This document shows positions 12,971 to 29,200 of a DNA stretch of 64,000 bases, in pieces. The notes beneath the pieces are model-generated. The model did no database searches, had not been told where the DNA came from, and worked only from the letters and a program-made list of their open reading frames with translations. Source of the DNA: the human T2T-CHM13v2.0 reference genome, Homo sapiens. Both the position numbers and the translations under genes were made by a program. How positions within the stretch are numbered: position 1 is the stretch's first letter; each line of letters starts with the position of its first letter. Location: the NCBI RefSeq assembly GCF_009914755.1, contig NC_060925.1; one strand, 5' to 3'.

Positions 12971-15509
12971 TTATCCTCAAATGGAATCGAATGGAATTAT
13001 CGAATGCAATCGAATGGAATTATCGAATGCAATCGAATAGAATCATCGAATGGACTCGAATGGAATCATCGAATGGAATGGAATGGAACAGTCAATGAAC
13101 TCGAATGGAATCATCATTGAATGGAATCGAATGGAATCATCGAGTGGAATCGAATGGAATTATGATCAAATGGAATCGAATGTAATCATCATCAAATGGA
13201 ATCAAAAATAACCATCATCAATTGGTATTGAATGGAATTGTCATCAAATGGAATTCAAAGGAATCATCATCAAATGGAACCGAATGGAATCCTCATTGAA
13301 TGGAAATGAAAGGGGTCATCATCTAATGGAATCGCATGGAATCATCATCAAATGGAATCGAATGGAATCATCATCAAATGGAATCTAATGGAATCATTGA
13401 ACAGAATTGAATGGAATCGTCATCGAATGAATTGAATGCAATCATCGAATGGTCTCGAATGGAATCATCTTCTAATGGAAAGGAATGGAATCATCGCATA
13501 GAATCGAATGGAATTATCATCGAATGGAATCGAATGGTATCAACACCAAACGGAAAAAAACGGAATTATCGAATGGAATCGAAGAGAATCTTCGAACGGA
13601 CCCGAATGGAATCATCTAATGGAATGGAATGGAATAATCCATGGACTCGAATGCAATCATCATCGAATGGAATCAAATGGAATCATCGAATCGACTCGAA
13701 TGGAATAATCATTGAACGGAATCGAATGGAATCATCATCGGATGGAAACGAATGGAATCATCATCGAATGGAAATGAAAGGAGTCATCATCTAATGGAAT
13801 TGCATGGAATCATCATAAAATGGAATCGAATGGAATCAACATCAAATGGAATCAAATGGAATCATTGAACGGAATTGAATGGAATCGTCATCGAATGAAT
13901 TGACTGCAATCATCGAATGGTCTCGAATGGAATCATCTTCAAATGGAATGGAATGGAATCATCGCATAGAATCGAATGGAATTATCATCGAATGGAATCG
14001 AATGGAATCAACATCCAACGGAAAAAAACGGAATTATCGAATGGAATCGAAGAGAATCATCGAATGGACCCGAATGGAATCATCTAATGGAATGGAATGG
14101 AATAATCCATGGACTCTAATGCAACATCATCGAATGGAATCGAATGGAATCATCGAATGGACTCGAATGGAATAATCATTGAACGGAATCGAATGGAATC
14201 ATCATCGGATGGAAATGAATGGAATCATCATCGAATGGAATCGAATAGAATTATGGAATGAAATCCAGTGTGATCATCATCGAATGGACCCGAATGGAAT
14301 CATCATCCAACGGAAGCTAATGGAATCAACATCGAATGAATCGAATGGAAACACCATCGAATTGAAACGAATGGAATTATCATGAAATTGAAATGGATGG
14401 ACTCATCATCGAATGGATTCGAATGGAATCATCGAATAAAATTGATTGAAATCATCATCGAATGGAATCGAATGGTATCATTGAATGGAATCGAATGGAA
14501 TCATCATCAGATGGAAATGAATGGAATCGTCATAGAATGGAATCGAATGGATTCATTGAATGGAATCAGATGGAATCATCGAATGGACTGGAATGGAATC
14601 ATTGAATGGACTCGAAAGGGATCATGATTGAATGGAATTGAATGGAATCATCGAATGGTCTCGATTGGAATCATTATCAAATGGAATCGAATGGAATCAC
14701 CGAATAGAATCGAATGGAACAATCATCGAATGGACTCAAATGGAATTATCCTCCAATGGAATCGAATGGAATTATCGAATGCAATCGAATGGAATTATCG
14801 AATGCAATCGAATAGAATCATCGAATGGACTCGAATGGAATCATCGAATGGAATGGAATGGAACAGTCAATGAACTCGAATGGAATCATCATTGAATGGA
14901 ATCGAATGGAATCATCGAGTGGAATCGAATGGAATTATGATCAAATGGAATCGAATGTAATCATCATCAAATGGAATCAAAAATAACCATCATCAATTGG
15001 TATTGAATGGAATTGTCATCAAATGGAATTCAAAGGAATCATCATCAAATGGAACCGAATGGAATCCTCATTGAATGGAAATGAAAGGGGTCATCATCTA
15101 ATGGAATCGCATGGAATCATCATCAAATGGAATCGAATGGAATCATCATCAAATGGAATCTAATGGAATCATTGAACAGAATTGAATGGAATCGTCATCG
15201 AATGAATTGAATGCAATCATCGAATGGTCTCGAATGGAATCATCTTCTAATGGAAAGGAATGGAATCATCGCATAGAATCGAATGGAATTATCATCGAAT
15301 GGAATCGAATGGTATCAACACCAAACGGAAAAAAACGGAATTATCAAATGGAATCGAAGAGAATCTTCGAACGGACCCGAATGGAATCATCTAATGGAAT
15401 GGAATGGAATAATCCATGGACTCGAATGCAATCATCATCGAATGGAATCGAATGGAATCATCGAATGGACTCGAATGGAATAATCATTGAACGGAATCGA
15501 TTGGAATCA

Positions 15510-18500
15510 TCATCGGATGGAAACGAATGGAATCATCATCGAATGGAAATGAAAGGAGTCATCATCTAATGGAATTGCATGGAATCATCATAAAATGGAA
15601 TCGAATGGAATCAACATCAAATGGAATCAAATGGAATCATTGAACGGAATTGAATGGAATTGTCATCGAATGAATTGACTGCAATCATCCAATGGTCTCG
15701 AATGGAATCATCTTCAAATGGAATGGAATGGAATCTTCGCATAGAATCGAATGGAATTATCATCGAATGGAATCGAATGCAATCAACATCCAACGGAAAA
15801 AAACGGAATTATCGAATGGAATCGAAGAGAATCATCGAATGGACCCGAATGGAATCATCTAATGGAATGGAATGGAATAATCCATGGACTCGAATGCAAT
15901 CATCATCGAATGGAATCGAATGGAATCATCGAATGGACTCGAATGGAATAATCATTGAACGGAATCGAATGGAATCATCATCGGATGGAAATGAATGGAA
16001 TCATCATCGAATGGAATCGAATAGAATTATGGAATGAAATCCAGTGTGATCATCATCGAATGGACCCGAATGGAATCATCATCCAACGGAAGCTAATGGA
16101 ATCAACATCGAATGAATCAAATGGAAACACCATCGAATTGAAACGAATGGAATTATCATGAAATTGAAATGGATGGACTCATCATCGAATGGATTCGAAT
16201 GGAATCATCGAATAAAATTGATTGAAATCATCATCGAATGGAATCGAATGGTATCATTGAATGGAATCGAATGGAATCATCATCAGATGGAAATGAATGG
16301 AATCGTCATAGAATGGAATCGAATGGATTCATTGAATGGAATCAGATGGAATCATCGAATGGACTGGAATGGAATCATTGAATGGACTCGAAAGGGATCA
16401 TGATTGAATGGAATTGAATGGAATCATCGAATGGTCTCGATTGGAATCATTATCAAATGGAATCGAATGGAATCACCGAATAGAATCGAATGGAACAATC
16501 ATCGAATGGACTCAAATGGAATTATCCTCAAATGGAATCGAATGGAATTATCGAATGCAATCGAATGGAATTATCGAATGCAATCGAATAGAATCATCGA
16601 ATGGACTCGAATGGAATCATCGAATGGAATGGAATGGAACAGTCAATGAACTCGAATGGAATCATCATTGAATGGAATCGAATGGAATCATCGAGTGGAA
16701 TTGAATGGAATTATGATCAAATGGAATCGAATGTAATCATCATCAAATGGAATCAAAAATAACCATCATCAATTGGTATTGAATGGAATTGTCATCAAAT
16801 GGAATTCAAAGGAATCATCATCAAATGGAACCGAATGGAATCCTCATTGAATGGAAATGAAAGGGGTCATCATCTAATGGAATCGCATGGAATCATCATA
16901 AAATGGAATCGAATGGAATCAACATCAAATGGAATCAAATGGAATCATTGAACGGAATTGAATGGAATCGTCATCGAATGAATTGGATGCAATCATCGAA
17001 TGGTCTCGAATGGAATCTTCTTCAAATGGAATGGAATGGAATCATCGCATAGAATCGAATGGAATTATCATCGAATGGAATCGAATGGAATCAACATCAA
17101 ACGGAAAAAAACGGAATTATCGAATGGAATCGAAGAGAATCATCGAATGGACCCGAATGGAATCATCTAATTGAATGGAATGGAATAATCCATGGACTCG
17201 AATGCAATCATCATCGAATGGAATCGAATGGAATCATCGAATGGACTCGAATGGAATAATCATTGAACGGAATCGATTGGAATCATCATCGGATGGAAAC
17301 GAATGGAATCATCATCGAATGGAAATGAAAGGAGTCATCATCTAATGGAATTGCATGGAATCATCATAAAATGGAATCGAATGGAATCAACATCAAATGG
17401 AATCAAATGGAATCATTGAACGGAATTGAATGGAATCGTCATCGAATGAATTGACTGCAATCATCCAATGGTCTCGAATGGAATCATCTTCAAATGGAAT
17501 GGAATGGAATCATCGCATAGAATCGAATGGAATTATCATCGAATGGAATCGAATGGAATCAACATCCAACGGAAAAAAACGGAATTATCGAATGGAATCA
17601 AAGAGAATCATCGAATGGACCCGAATGGAATCATCTAATGGAATGGAATGGAATAATCCATGGACTCGAATGCAATCATCATCGAATGGAATCGAATGGA
17701 ATCATCGAATGGACTCGAATGGAATAATCATTGAACGGAATCGAATGGAATCATCATCGGATGGAAATGAATGGAATCATCATCGAATGGAATCGAATAG
17801 AATTATGGAATGAAATCCAGTGTGATCATCATCGAATGGACCCGAATGGAATCATCATCCAACGGAAGCTAATGGAATCAACATCGAATGAATCAAATGG
17901 AAACACCATCGAATTGAAACGAATGGAATTATCATGAAATTGAAATGGATGGACTCATCATCGAATGGATTCGAAAGGAATCATCGAATAAAATTGATTG
18001 AAATCATCATCGAATGGAATCGAATGGTATCATTGAATGGAATCGAATGGAATCATCATCAGATGGAAATGAATGGAATCGTCATAGAATGGAATCGAAT
18101 GGATTCATTGAATGGAATCAGATGGAATCATCGAATGGACTGGAATGGAATCATTGAATGGACTCGAAAGGGATCATGATTGAATGGAATTGAATGGAAT
18201 CATCGAATGGTCTCGATTGGAATCATTATCAAATGGAATCGAATGGAATCACCGAATAGAATCGAATGGAACAATCATCGAATGGACTCAAATGGAATTA
18301 TCCTCCAATGGAATCGAATGGAATTATCGAATGCAATCGAATGGAATTATCGAATGCAATCGAATAGAATCATCGAATGGACTCGAATGGAATCATCGAA
18401 TGGAATGGAATGGAACAGTCAATGAACTCGAATGGAATCATCATTGAATGGAATCGAATGGAATCATCGAGTGGAATCGAATGGAATTATGATCAAATGG

Positions 18501-21500
18501 AATCGAATGTAATCATCATCAAATGGAATCAAAAATAACCATCATCAATTGGTATTGAATGGAATTGTCATCAAATGGAATTCAAAGGAATCAATATCAA
18601 ATGGAACCGAATGGAATCCTCATTGAATGGAAATGAAAGGGGTCATCATCTAATGGAATCGCATGGAATCATCATCAAATGGAATCGAATGGAATCATCA
18701 TCAAATGGAATCTAATGGAATCATTGAACAGAATTGAATGGAATCGTCATCGAATGAATTGAATGCAATCATCGAATGGTCTCGAATGGAATCATCTTCT
18801 AATGGAAAGGAATGGAATCATCGCATAGAATCGAATGGAATTATCATCGAATGGAATCGAATGGTATCAACACCAAACGGAAAAAAAACGGAATTATCGA
18901 ATGGAATCGAAGAGAATCTTCGAACGGACCCGAATGGAATCATCTAATGGAATGGAATGGAATAATCCATGGACTCGAATGCAATCATCATCGAATGGAA
19001 TCGAATGGAATCATCGAATGGACTCGAATGGAATAATCATTGAACGGAATCGAATGGAATCATCATCGGATGGAAACGAATGGAATCATCATCGAATGGA
19101 AATGAAAGGAGTCATCATCTAATGGAATTGCATGGAATCATCATAAAATGAAATCGAATGGAATCAACATCAAATGGAATCAAATGGAATCATTGAACGG
19201 AATTGAATGGAATCGTCATCGAATGAATTGACTGCAATCATCGAATGGTCTCGAATGGAATCATCTTCAAATGGAATGGAATGGAATCATCGCATAGAAT
19301 CGAATGGAATTATCATCGAATGGAATCGAATGGAATCAACATCAAACGGAAAAAAACGGAATTATCGAATGGAATCGAAGAGAATCATCGAATGGACCCG
19401 AATGGAATCATCTAATGGAATGGAATGGAATAATCCATGGACTCGAATGCAATCATCATCGAATGGAATCGAATGGAATCATCGAATGGACTCGAATGGA
19501 ATAATCATTGAACGGAATCGAATGGAATCATCATCGGATGGAAATGAATGGAATCATCATCGAATGGAATCGAATAGAATTATGGAATGAAATCCAGTGT
19601 GATCATCATCGAATGGACCCGAATGGAATCATCATCCAACGGAAGCTAATGGAATCAACATCGAATGAATCGAATGGAAACACCATCGAATTGAAACGAA
19701 TGGAATTATCATGAAATTGAAATGGATGGACTCATCATCGAATGGATTCGAATGGAATCATCGAATAAAAGTGATTGAAATCATCATCGAATGGAATCGA
19801 ATGGTATCATTGAATGGAATCGAATGGAATCATCATCAGATGGAAATGAATGGAATCGTCATAGAATGGAATCGAATGGATTCATTGAATGGAATCAGAT
19901 GGAATCATCGAATGGACTGGAATGGAATCATTGAATGGACTCGAAAGGGATCATGATTGAATGGAATTGAATGGAATCATCGAATGGTCTCGATTGGAAT
20001 CATTATCAAATGGAATCGAATGGAATCACCGAATAGAATCGAATGGAACAATCATCGAATGGACTCAAATGGAATTATCCTCAAATGGAATCGAATGGAA
20101 TTATCGAATGCAATCGAATGGAATTATCGAATGCAATCGAATAGAATCATCAAATGGACTCGAATGGAATCATCGAATGGAATGGAATGGAACAGTCAAT
20201 GAACACGAATGGAATCATCATTGAATGGAATCGAATGGAATCATCGAGTGGAATCGAATGGAATTATGATCAAATGGAATCGAATGTAATCATCATCAAA
20301 TGGAATCAAAAATAACCATCATCAATTGCTATTGAATGGAATTGTCATCAAATGGAATTCAAAGGAATCATCATCAAATGGAACCGAATGGAATCCTCAT
20401 TGAATGGAAATGAAAGGGGTCATCATCTAATGGAATCGCATGGAATCATCATCAAATGGAATCGAATGGAATCATCATCAAATGGAATCTAATGGAATCA
20501 TTGAACAGAATTGAATGGAATCGTCATCGAATGAATTGAATGCAATCATCGAATGGTCTCGAATGGAATCATCTTCTAATGGAAAGGAATGGAATCATCG
20601 CATAGAATCGAATGGAATTATCATCGAATGGAATCGAATGGTATCAACACCAAACGGAAAAAAACGGAATTATCGAATGGAATCGAAGAGAATCTTCGAA
20701 CGGACCCGAATGGAATCATCTAATGGAATGGAATGGAATAATCCATGGACTCGAATGCAATCATCATCGAATGGAATCGAATGGAATCATCGAATGGACT
20801 CGAATGGAATAATCATTGAACGGAATCGAATGGAATCATCATCGGATGGAAACGAATGGAATCATCATCGAATGGAAATGAAAGGAGTCATCATCTAATG
20901 GAATTGCATGGAATCATCATAAAATGGAATCGAATGGAATCAACATCAAATGGAATCAAATGGAATCATTGAACGGAATTGAATGGAATTGTCATCGAAT
21001 GAATTGACTGCAATCATCCAATGGTCTCGAATGGAATCATCTTCAAATGGAATGGAATGGAATCTTCGCATAGAATCGAATGGAATTATCATCGAATGGA
21101 ATCGAATGCAATCAACATCCAACGGAAAAAAACGGAATTATCGAATGGAATCGAAGAGAATCATCGAATGGACCCGAATGGAATCATCTAATGGAATGGA
21201 ATGGAATAATCCATGGACTCGAATGCAATCATCATCGAATGGAATCGAATGGAATCATCGAATGGACTCGAATGGAATAATCATTGAACGGAATCGAATG
21301 GAATCATCATCGGATGGAAATGAATGGAATCATCATCGAATGGAATCGAATAGAATTATGGAATGAAATCCAGTGTGATCATCATCGAATGGACCCGAAT
21401 GGAATCATCATCCAACGGAAGCTAATGGAATCAACATCGAATGAATCAAATGGAAACACCATCGAATTGAAACGAATGGAATTATCATGAAATTGAAATG

Positions 21501-24500
21501 GATGGACTCATCATCGAATGGATTCGAATGGAATCATCGAATAAAATTGATTGAAATCATCATCGAATGGAATCGAATGGTATCATTGAATGGAATCGAA
21601 TGGAATCATCATCAGATGGAAATGAATGGAATCGTCATAGAATGGAATCGAATGGATTCATTGAATGGAATCAGATGGAATCATCGAATGGACTGGAATG
21701 GAATCATTGAATGGACTCGAAAGGGATCATGATTGAATGGAATTGAATGGAATCATCGAATGGTCTCGATTGGAATCATTATCAAATGGAATCGAATGGA
21801 ATCACCGAATAGAATCGAATGGAACAATCATCGAATGGACTCAAATGGAATTATCCTCAAATGGAATCGAATGGAATTATCGAATGCAATCGAATGGAAT
21901 TATCGAATGCAATCGAATAGAATCATCGAATGGACTCGAATGGAATCATCGAATGGAATGGAATGGAACAGTCAATGAACTCGAATGGAATCATCATTGA
22001 ATGGAATCGAATGGAATCATCGAGTGGAATTGAATGGAATTATGATCAAATGGAATCGAATGTAATCATCATCAAATGGAATCAAAAATAACCATCATCA
22101 ATTGGTATTGAATGGAATTGTCATCAAATGGAATTCAAAGGAATCATCATCAAATGGAACCGAATGGAATCCTCATTGAATGGAAATGAAAGGGGTCATC
22201 ATCTAATGGAATCGCATGGAATCATCATAAAATGGAATCGAATGGAATCAACATCAAATGGAATCAAATGGAATCATTGAACGGAATTGAATGGAATCGT
22301 CATCGAATGAATTGGATGCAATCATCGAATGGTCTCGAATGGAATCTTCTTCAAATGGAATGGAATGGAATCATCGCATAGAATCGAATGGAATTATCAT
22401 CGAATGGAATCGAATGGAATCAACATCAAACGGAAAAAAACGGAATTATCGAATGGAATCGAAGAGAATCATCGAATGGACCCGAATGGAATCATCTAAT
22501 GGAATGGAATGGAATAATCCATGGACTCGAATGCAATCATCATCGAATGGAATCGAATGGAATCATCGAATGGACTCGAATGGAATAATCATTGAACGGA
22601 ATCGATTGGAATCATCATCGGATGGAAACGAATGGAATCATCATCGAATGGAAATGAAAGGAGTCATCATCTAATGGAATTGCATGGAATCATCATAAAA
22701 TGGAATCGAATGGAATCAACATCAAATGGAATCAAATGGAATCATTGAACGGAATTGAATGGAATCGTCATCGAATGAATTGACTGCAATCATCCAATGG
22801 TCTCGAATGGAATCATCTTCAAATGGAATGGAATGGAATCATCGCATAGAATCGAATGGAATTATCATCGAATGGAATCGAATGGAATCAACATCCAACG
22901 GAAAAAAACGGAATTATCGAATGGAATCAAAGAGAATCATCGAATGGACCCGAATGGAATCATCTAATGGAATGGAATGGAATAATCCATGGACTCGAAT
23001 GCAATCATCATCGAATGGAATCGAATGGAATCATCGAATGGACTCGAATGGAATAATCATTGAACGGAATCGAATGGAATCATCATCGGATGGAAATGAA
23101 TGGAATCATCATCGAATGGAATCGAATAGAATTATGGAATGAAATCCAGTGTGATCATCATCGAATGGACCCGAATGGAATCATCATCCAACGGAAGCTA
23201 ATGGAATCAACATCGAATGAATCAAATGGAAACACCATCGAATTGAAACGAATGGAATTATCATGAAATTGAAATGGATGGACTCATCATCGAATGGATT
23301 CGAAAGGAATCATCGAATAAAATTGATTGAAATCATCATCGAATGGAATCGAATGGTATCATTGAATGGAATCGAATGGAATCATCATCAGATGGAAATG
23401 AATGGAATCGTCATAGAATGGAATCGAATGGATTCATTGAATGGAATCAGATGGAATCATCGAATGGACTGGAATGGAATCATTGAATGGACTCGAAAGG
23501 GATCATGATTGAATGGAATTGAATGGAATCATCGAATGGTCTCGATTGGAATCATTATCAAATGGAATCGAATGGAATCACCGAATAGAATCGAATGGAA
23601 CAATCATCGAATGGACTCAAATGGAATTATCCTCCAATGGAATCGAATGGAATTATCGAATGCAATCGAATGGAATTATCGAATGCAATCGAATAGAATC
23701 ATCGAATGGACTCGAATGGAATCATCGAATGGAATGGAATGGAACAGTCAATGAACTCGAATGGAATCATCATTGAATGGAATCGAATGGAATCATCGAG
23801 TGGAATCGAATGGAATTATGATCAAATGGAATCGAATGTAATCATCATCAAATGGAATCAAAAATAACCATCATCAATTGGTATTGAATGGAATTGTCAT
23901 CAAATGGAATTCAAAGGAATCAATATCAAATGGAACCGAATGGAATCCTCATTGAATGGAAATGAAAGGGGTCATCATCTAATGGAATCGCATGGAATCA
24001 TCATCAAATGGAATCGAATGGAATCATCATCAAATGGAATCTAATGGAATCATTGAACAGAATTGAATGGAATCGTCATCGAATGAATTGAATGCAATCA
24101 TCGAATGGTCTCGAATGGAATCATCTTCTAATGGAAAGGAATGGAATCATCGCATAGAATCGAATGGAATTATCATCGAATGGAATCGAATGGTATCAAC
24201 ACCAAACGGAAAAAAACGGAATTATCGAATGGAATCGAAGAGAATCTTCGAACGGACCCGAATGGAATCATCTAATGGAATGGAATGGAATAATCCATGG
24301 ACTCGAATGCAATCATCATCGAATGGAATCGAATGGAATCATCGAATGGACTCGAATGGAATAATCATTGAACGGAATCGAATGGAATCATCATCGGATG
24401 GAAACGAATGGAATCATCATCGAATGGAAATGAAAGGAGTCATCATCTAATGGAATTGCATGGAATCATCATAAAATGAAATCGAATGGAATCAACATCA

Positions 24501-26220
24501 AATGGAATCAAATGGAATCATTGAACGGAATTGAATGGAATCGTCATCGAATGAATTGACTGCAATCATCGAATGGTCTCGAATGGAATCATCTTCAAAT
24601 GGAATGGAATGGAATCATCGCATAGAATCGAATGGAATTATCATCGAATGGAATCGAATGGAATCAACATCAAACGGAAAAAAACGGAATTATCGAATGG
24701 AATCGAAGAGAATCATCGAATGGACCCGAATGGAATCATCTAATGGAATGGAATGGAATAATCCATGGACTCGAATGCAATCATCATCGAATGGAATCGA
24801 ATGGAATCATCGAATGGACTCGAATGGAATAATCATTGAACGGAATCGAATGGAATCATCATCGGATGGAAATGAATGGAATCATCATCGAATGGAATCG
24901 AATAGAATTATGGAATGAAATCCAGTGTGATCATCATCGAATGGACCCGAATGGAATCATCATCCAACGGAAGCTAATGGAATCAACATCGAATGAATCG
25001 AATGGAAACACCATCGAATTGAAACGAATGGAATTATCATGAAATTGAAATGGATGGACTCATCATCGAATGGATTCGAATGGAATCATCGAATAAAAGT
25101 GATTGAAATCATCATCGAATGGAATCGAATGGTATCATTGAATGGAATCGAATGGAATCATCATCAGATGGAAATGAATGGAATCGTCATAGAATGGAAT
25201 CGAATGGATTCATTGAATGGAATCAGATGGAATCATCGAATGGACTGGAATGGAATCATTGAATGGACTCGAAAGGGATCATGATTGAATGGAATTGAAT
25301 GGAATCATCGAATGGTCTCGATTGGAATCATTATTAAATGGAATCGAATGGAATCACCGAATAGAATCGAATGGAACAATCATCGAATGGACTCAAATGG
25401 AATTATCCTCAAATGGAATCGAATGGAATTATCGAATGCAATCGAATGGAATTATCGAATGCAATCGAATAGAATCATCAAATGGACTCGAATGGAATCA
25501 TCGAATGGAATGGAATGGAACAGTCAATGAACACGAATGGAATCATCATTGAATGGAATCGAATGGAATCATCGAGTGGAATCGAATGGAATTATGATCA
25601 AATGGAATCGAATGTAATCATCATCAAATGGAATCAAAAATAACCATCATCAATTGCTATTGAATGGAATTGTCATCAAATGGAATTCAAAGGAATCATC
25701 ATCAAATGGAACCGAATGGAATCCTCATTGAATGGAAATGAAAGGGGTCATCATCTAATGGAATCGCATGGAATCATCATCAAATGGAATCGAATGGAAT
25801 CATCATCAAATGGAATCTAATGGAATCATTGAACAGAATTGAATGGAATCGTCATCGAATGAATTGAATGCAATCATCGAATGGTCTCGAATGGAATCAT
25901 CTTCTAATGGAAAGGAATGGAATCATCGCATAGAATCGAATGGAATTATCATCGAATGGAATCGAATGGTATCAACACCAAACGGAAAAAAACGGAATTA
26001 TCGAATGGAATCGAAGAGAATCTTCGAACGGACCCGAATGGAATCATCTAATGGAATGGAATGGAATAATCCATGGACTCGAATGCAATCATCATCGAAT
26101 GGAATCGAATGGAATCATCGAATGGACTCGAATGGAATAATCATTGAACGGAATCGAATGGAATCATCATCGGATGGAAACGAATGGAATCATCATCGAA
26201 TGGAAATGAAAGGAGTCATC
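15510..26220. repeat. Three-unit tandem duplication, period 5329/5328 bp
   Basis: Private variants recur at this offset: GGAATTGTCATCGAATGAA (~15656/20985), TTGGATGCA (~16983/22312), TTCGAAAGGAATC (~17970/23299), TCAATATCAA (~18591/23920), AAAATGAAATCG (~19145/24473), AAAAGTGATT (~19767/25095), ATTGCTATT (~20335/25663). Confidence 0.85.
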
Positions 26221-29200
26221 ATCTAATGCAATTGCATGGAATCATCATCAAATGGAATCGAATGGAATCAACATCAAATGGAATCTAATGGAATCATTGA
26301 ACAGAATTGAATGGAATCGTCATCGAATGAATTGAATGCAATCATCGAATGGTCTCGAATGGAATCATCTTCAAATGGAATGGAATGGAATCATCGCATA
26401 GAATCGAATGGAATTATCATCGAATGGAATCGAATGGAATCAACATCAAACGGAAAAAAACAGAATTATCGAATGGAATCGAAGAGAATCATCGAATGGA
26501 CCCGAATGGAATCATCTAATGGAATGGAATGGAATAATCCATGGACTCGAATGCAATCATCATCGAATGGAATCGAATGGAATCATCGAGTGGACTCGAA
26601 TGGAATAATCATTGAACGGAATCGAATGGAATCATCATCGGATGGAAATGAATGGAATCATCATCGAATGGAATCGAATAGAATTATGGAATGAAATCCA
26701 GTGTGATCATCATCGAATGGACCCGAATGGAATCATCATCCAACGGAAGCTAATGGAATCAACATCGAATGAATCAAATGGAAACACCATCGAATTGAAA
26801 CGAATGGAATTATCATGAAATTGAAATGGATGGACTCATCATCGAATGGATTCGAATGGAATCATCGAATAAAATTGATTGAAATCATCATCGAATGGAA
26901 TCGAATGGTATCATTGAATGGAATCGAATGGAATCATCATCAGATGGAAATGAATGGAATCGTCATAGAATGGAATCGAATGGATTCATTGAATGGAATC
27001 AGATGGAATCATCGAATGGACTGGAATGGAATCATTGAATGGACTCGAAAGGGATCATGATTGAATGGAATTGAATGGAATCATCGAATGGTCTCGATTG
27101 GAATCATTATCAAATGGAATCGAATGGAATCACCGAATAGAATCGAATGGAACAATCATCGAATGGACTCAAATGGAATTATCCTCCAATGGAATCGAAT
27201 GGAATTATCGAATGCAATCGAATGGAATTATCGAATGCAATCGAATAGAATCATCGAATGGACTCGAATGGAATCATCGAATGGAATGGAATGGAACAGT
27301 CAATGAACTCGAATGGAATCATCATTGAATGGAATCGAATGGAATCATCGAGTGGAATCGAATGGAATTATGATCAAATGGAATCGAATGTAATCATCAT
27401 CAAATGGAATCAAAAATAACCATCATCAATTGGTATTGAATGGAATTGTCATCAAATGGAATTCAAAGGAATCATCATCAAATGGAACCGAATGGAATCC
27501 TCATTGAATGGAAATGAAAGGGGTCATCATCTAATGGAATCGCATGGAATCATCATCAAATGGAATCGAATGGAATCATCATCAAATGGAATCTAATGGA
27601 ATCATTGAACAGAATTGAATGGAATCGTCATCGAATGAATTGAATGCAATCATCGAATGGTCTCGAATGGAATCATCTTCTAATGGAAAGGAATGGAATC
27701 ATCGCATAGAATCGAATGGAATTATCATCGAATGGAATCGAATGGTATCAACACCAAACGGAAAAAAACGGAATTATCGAATGGAATCGAAGAGAATCTT
27801 CGAACGGACCCGAATGGAATCATCTAATGGACTGGAATGGAATAATCCATGGACTCGAATGCAATCATCATCGAATGGAATCGAATGGAATCATCGAATG
27901 GACTCGAATGGAATAATCATTGAACGGAATCGAATGGAATCATCATCGGATGGAAACGAATGGAATCATCATCGAATGGAAATGAAAGGAGTCATCATCT
28001 AATGGAATTGCATGGAATCATCATAAAATGGAATCGAATGGAATCAACATCAAATCGAATCAAACGGAATCATTGAACGGAATTGAATGGAATCGTCATC
28101 GAATGAATTGACTGCAATCATCGAATGGTCTCGAATGGAATCATCTTCAAATGGAATGGAATGGAATCATCGCATAGAATCGAATGGAATTATCATCGAA
28201 TGGAATCGAATGGAATCAACATCAAACGGAAAAAAACGGAATTATCGAATGGAATCGAAGAGAATCATCGAATGGACCCGAATGGAATCATCTAATGGAA
28301 TGGAATGGAATAATCCATGGACTCGAATGCAATCATCATCGAATGGAATCGAATGGAATCATCGAATGGACTCGAATGGAATAATCATTGAACGGAATCG
28401 AATGGAATCATCATCGGATGGAAATGAATGGAATCATCATCGAATGGAATCGAATAGAATTATGGAATGAAATCCAGTGTGATCATCATCGAATGGACCC
28501 GAATGGAATCATCATCCAACGGAAGCTAATGGAATCAACATCGAATGAATCGAAAGGAAACACCATCGAATTGAAACGAATGGAATTATCATGAAATTGA
28601 AATGGATGGACTCATCATCGAATGGATTCGAAAGGAATCATCGAATAAAATTGATTGAAATCATCATCGAATGGAATCGAATGGTATCATTGAATGGAAT
28701 CGAATGGAATCATCATCAGATGGAAATGAATGGAATCGTCATAGAATGGAATCGAATGGATTCATTGAATGGAATCAGATGGAATCATCGAATGGACTGG
28801 AATGGAATCATTGAATGGACTCGAAAGGGATCATGATTGAATGGAATTGAATGGAATCATCGAATGGTCTCGATTGGAATCATTATCAAATGGAATCGAA
28901 TGGAATCACCGAATAGAATCGAATGGAACAATCATCGAATGGACTCAAATGGAATTATCCTCCAATGGAATCGAATGGAATTATCGAATGCAATCGAATG
29001 GAATTATCGAATGCAATCGAATAGAATCATCGAATGGACTCGAATGGAATCATCGAATGGAATGGAATGGAACAGTCAATGAACTCGAATGGAATCATCA
29101 TTGAATGGAATCGAATGGAATCATCGAGTGGAATCGAATGGAATTATGATCAAATGGAATCGAATGTAATCATCATCAAATGGAATCAAAAATAACCATC

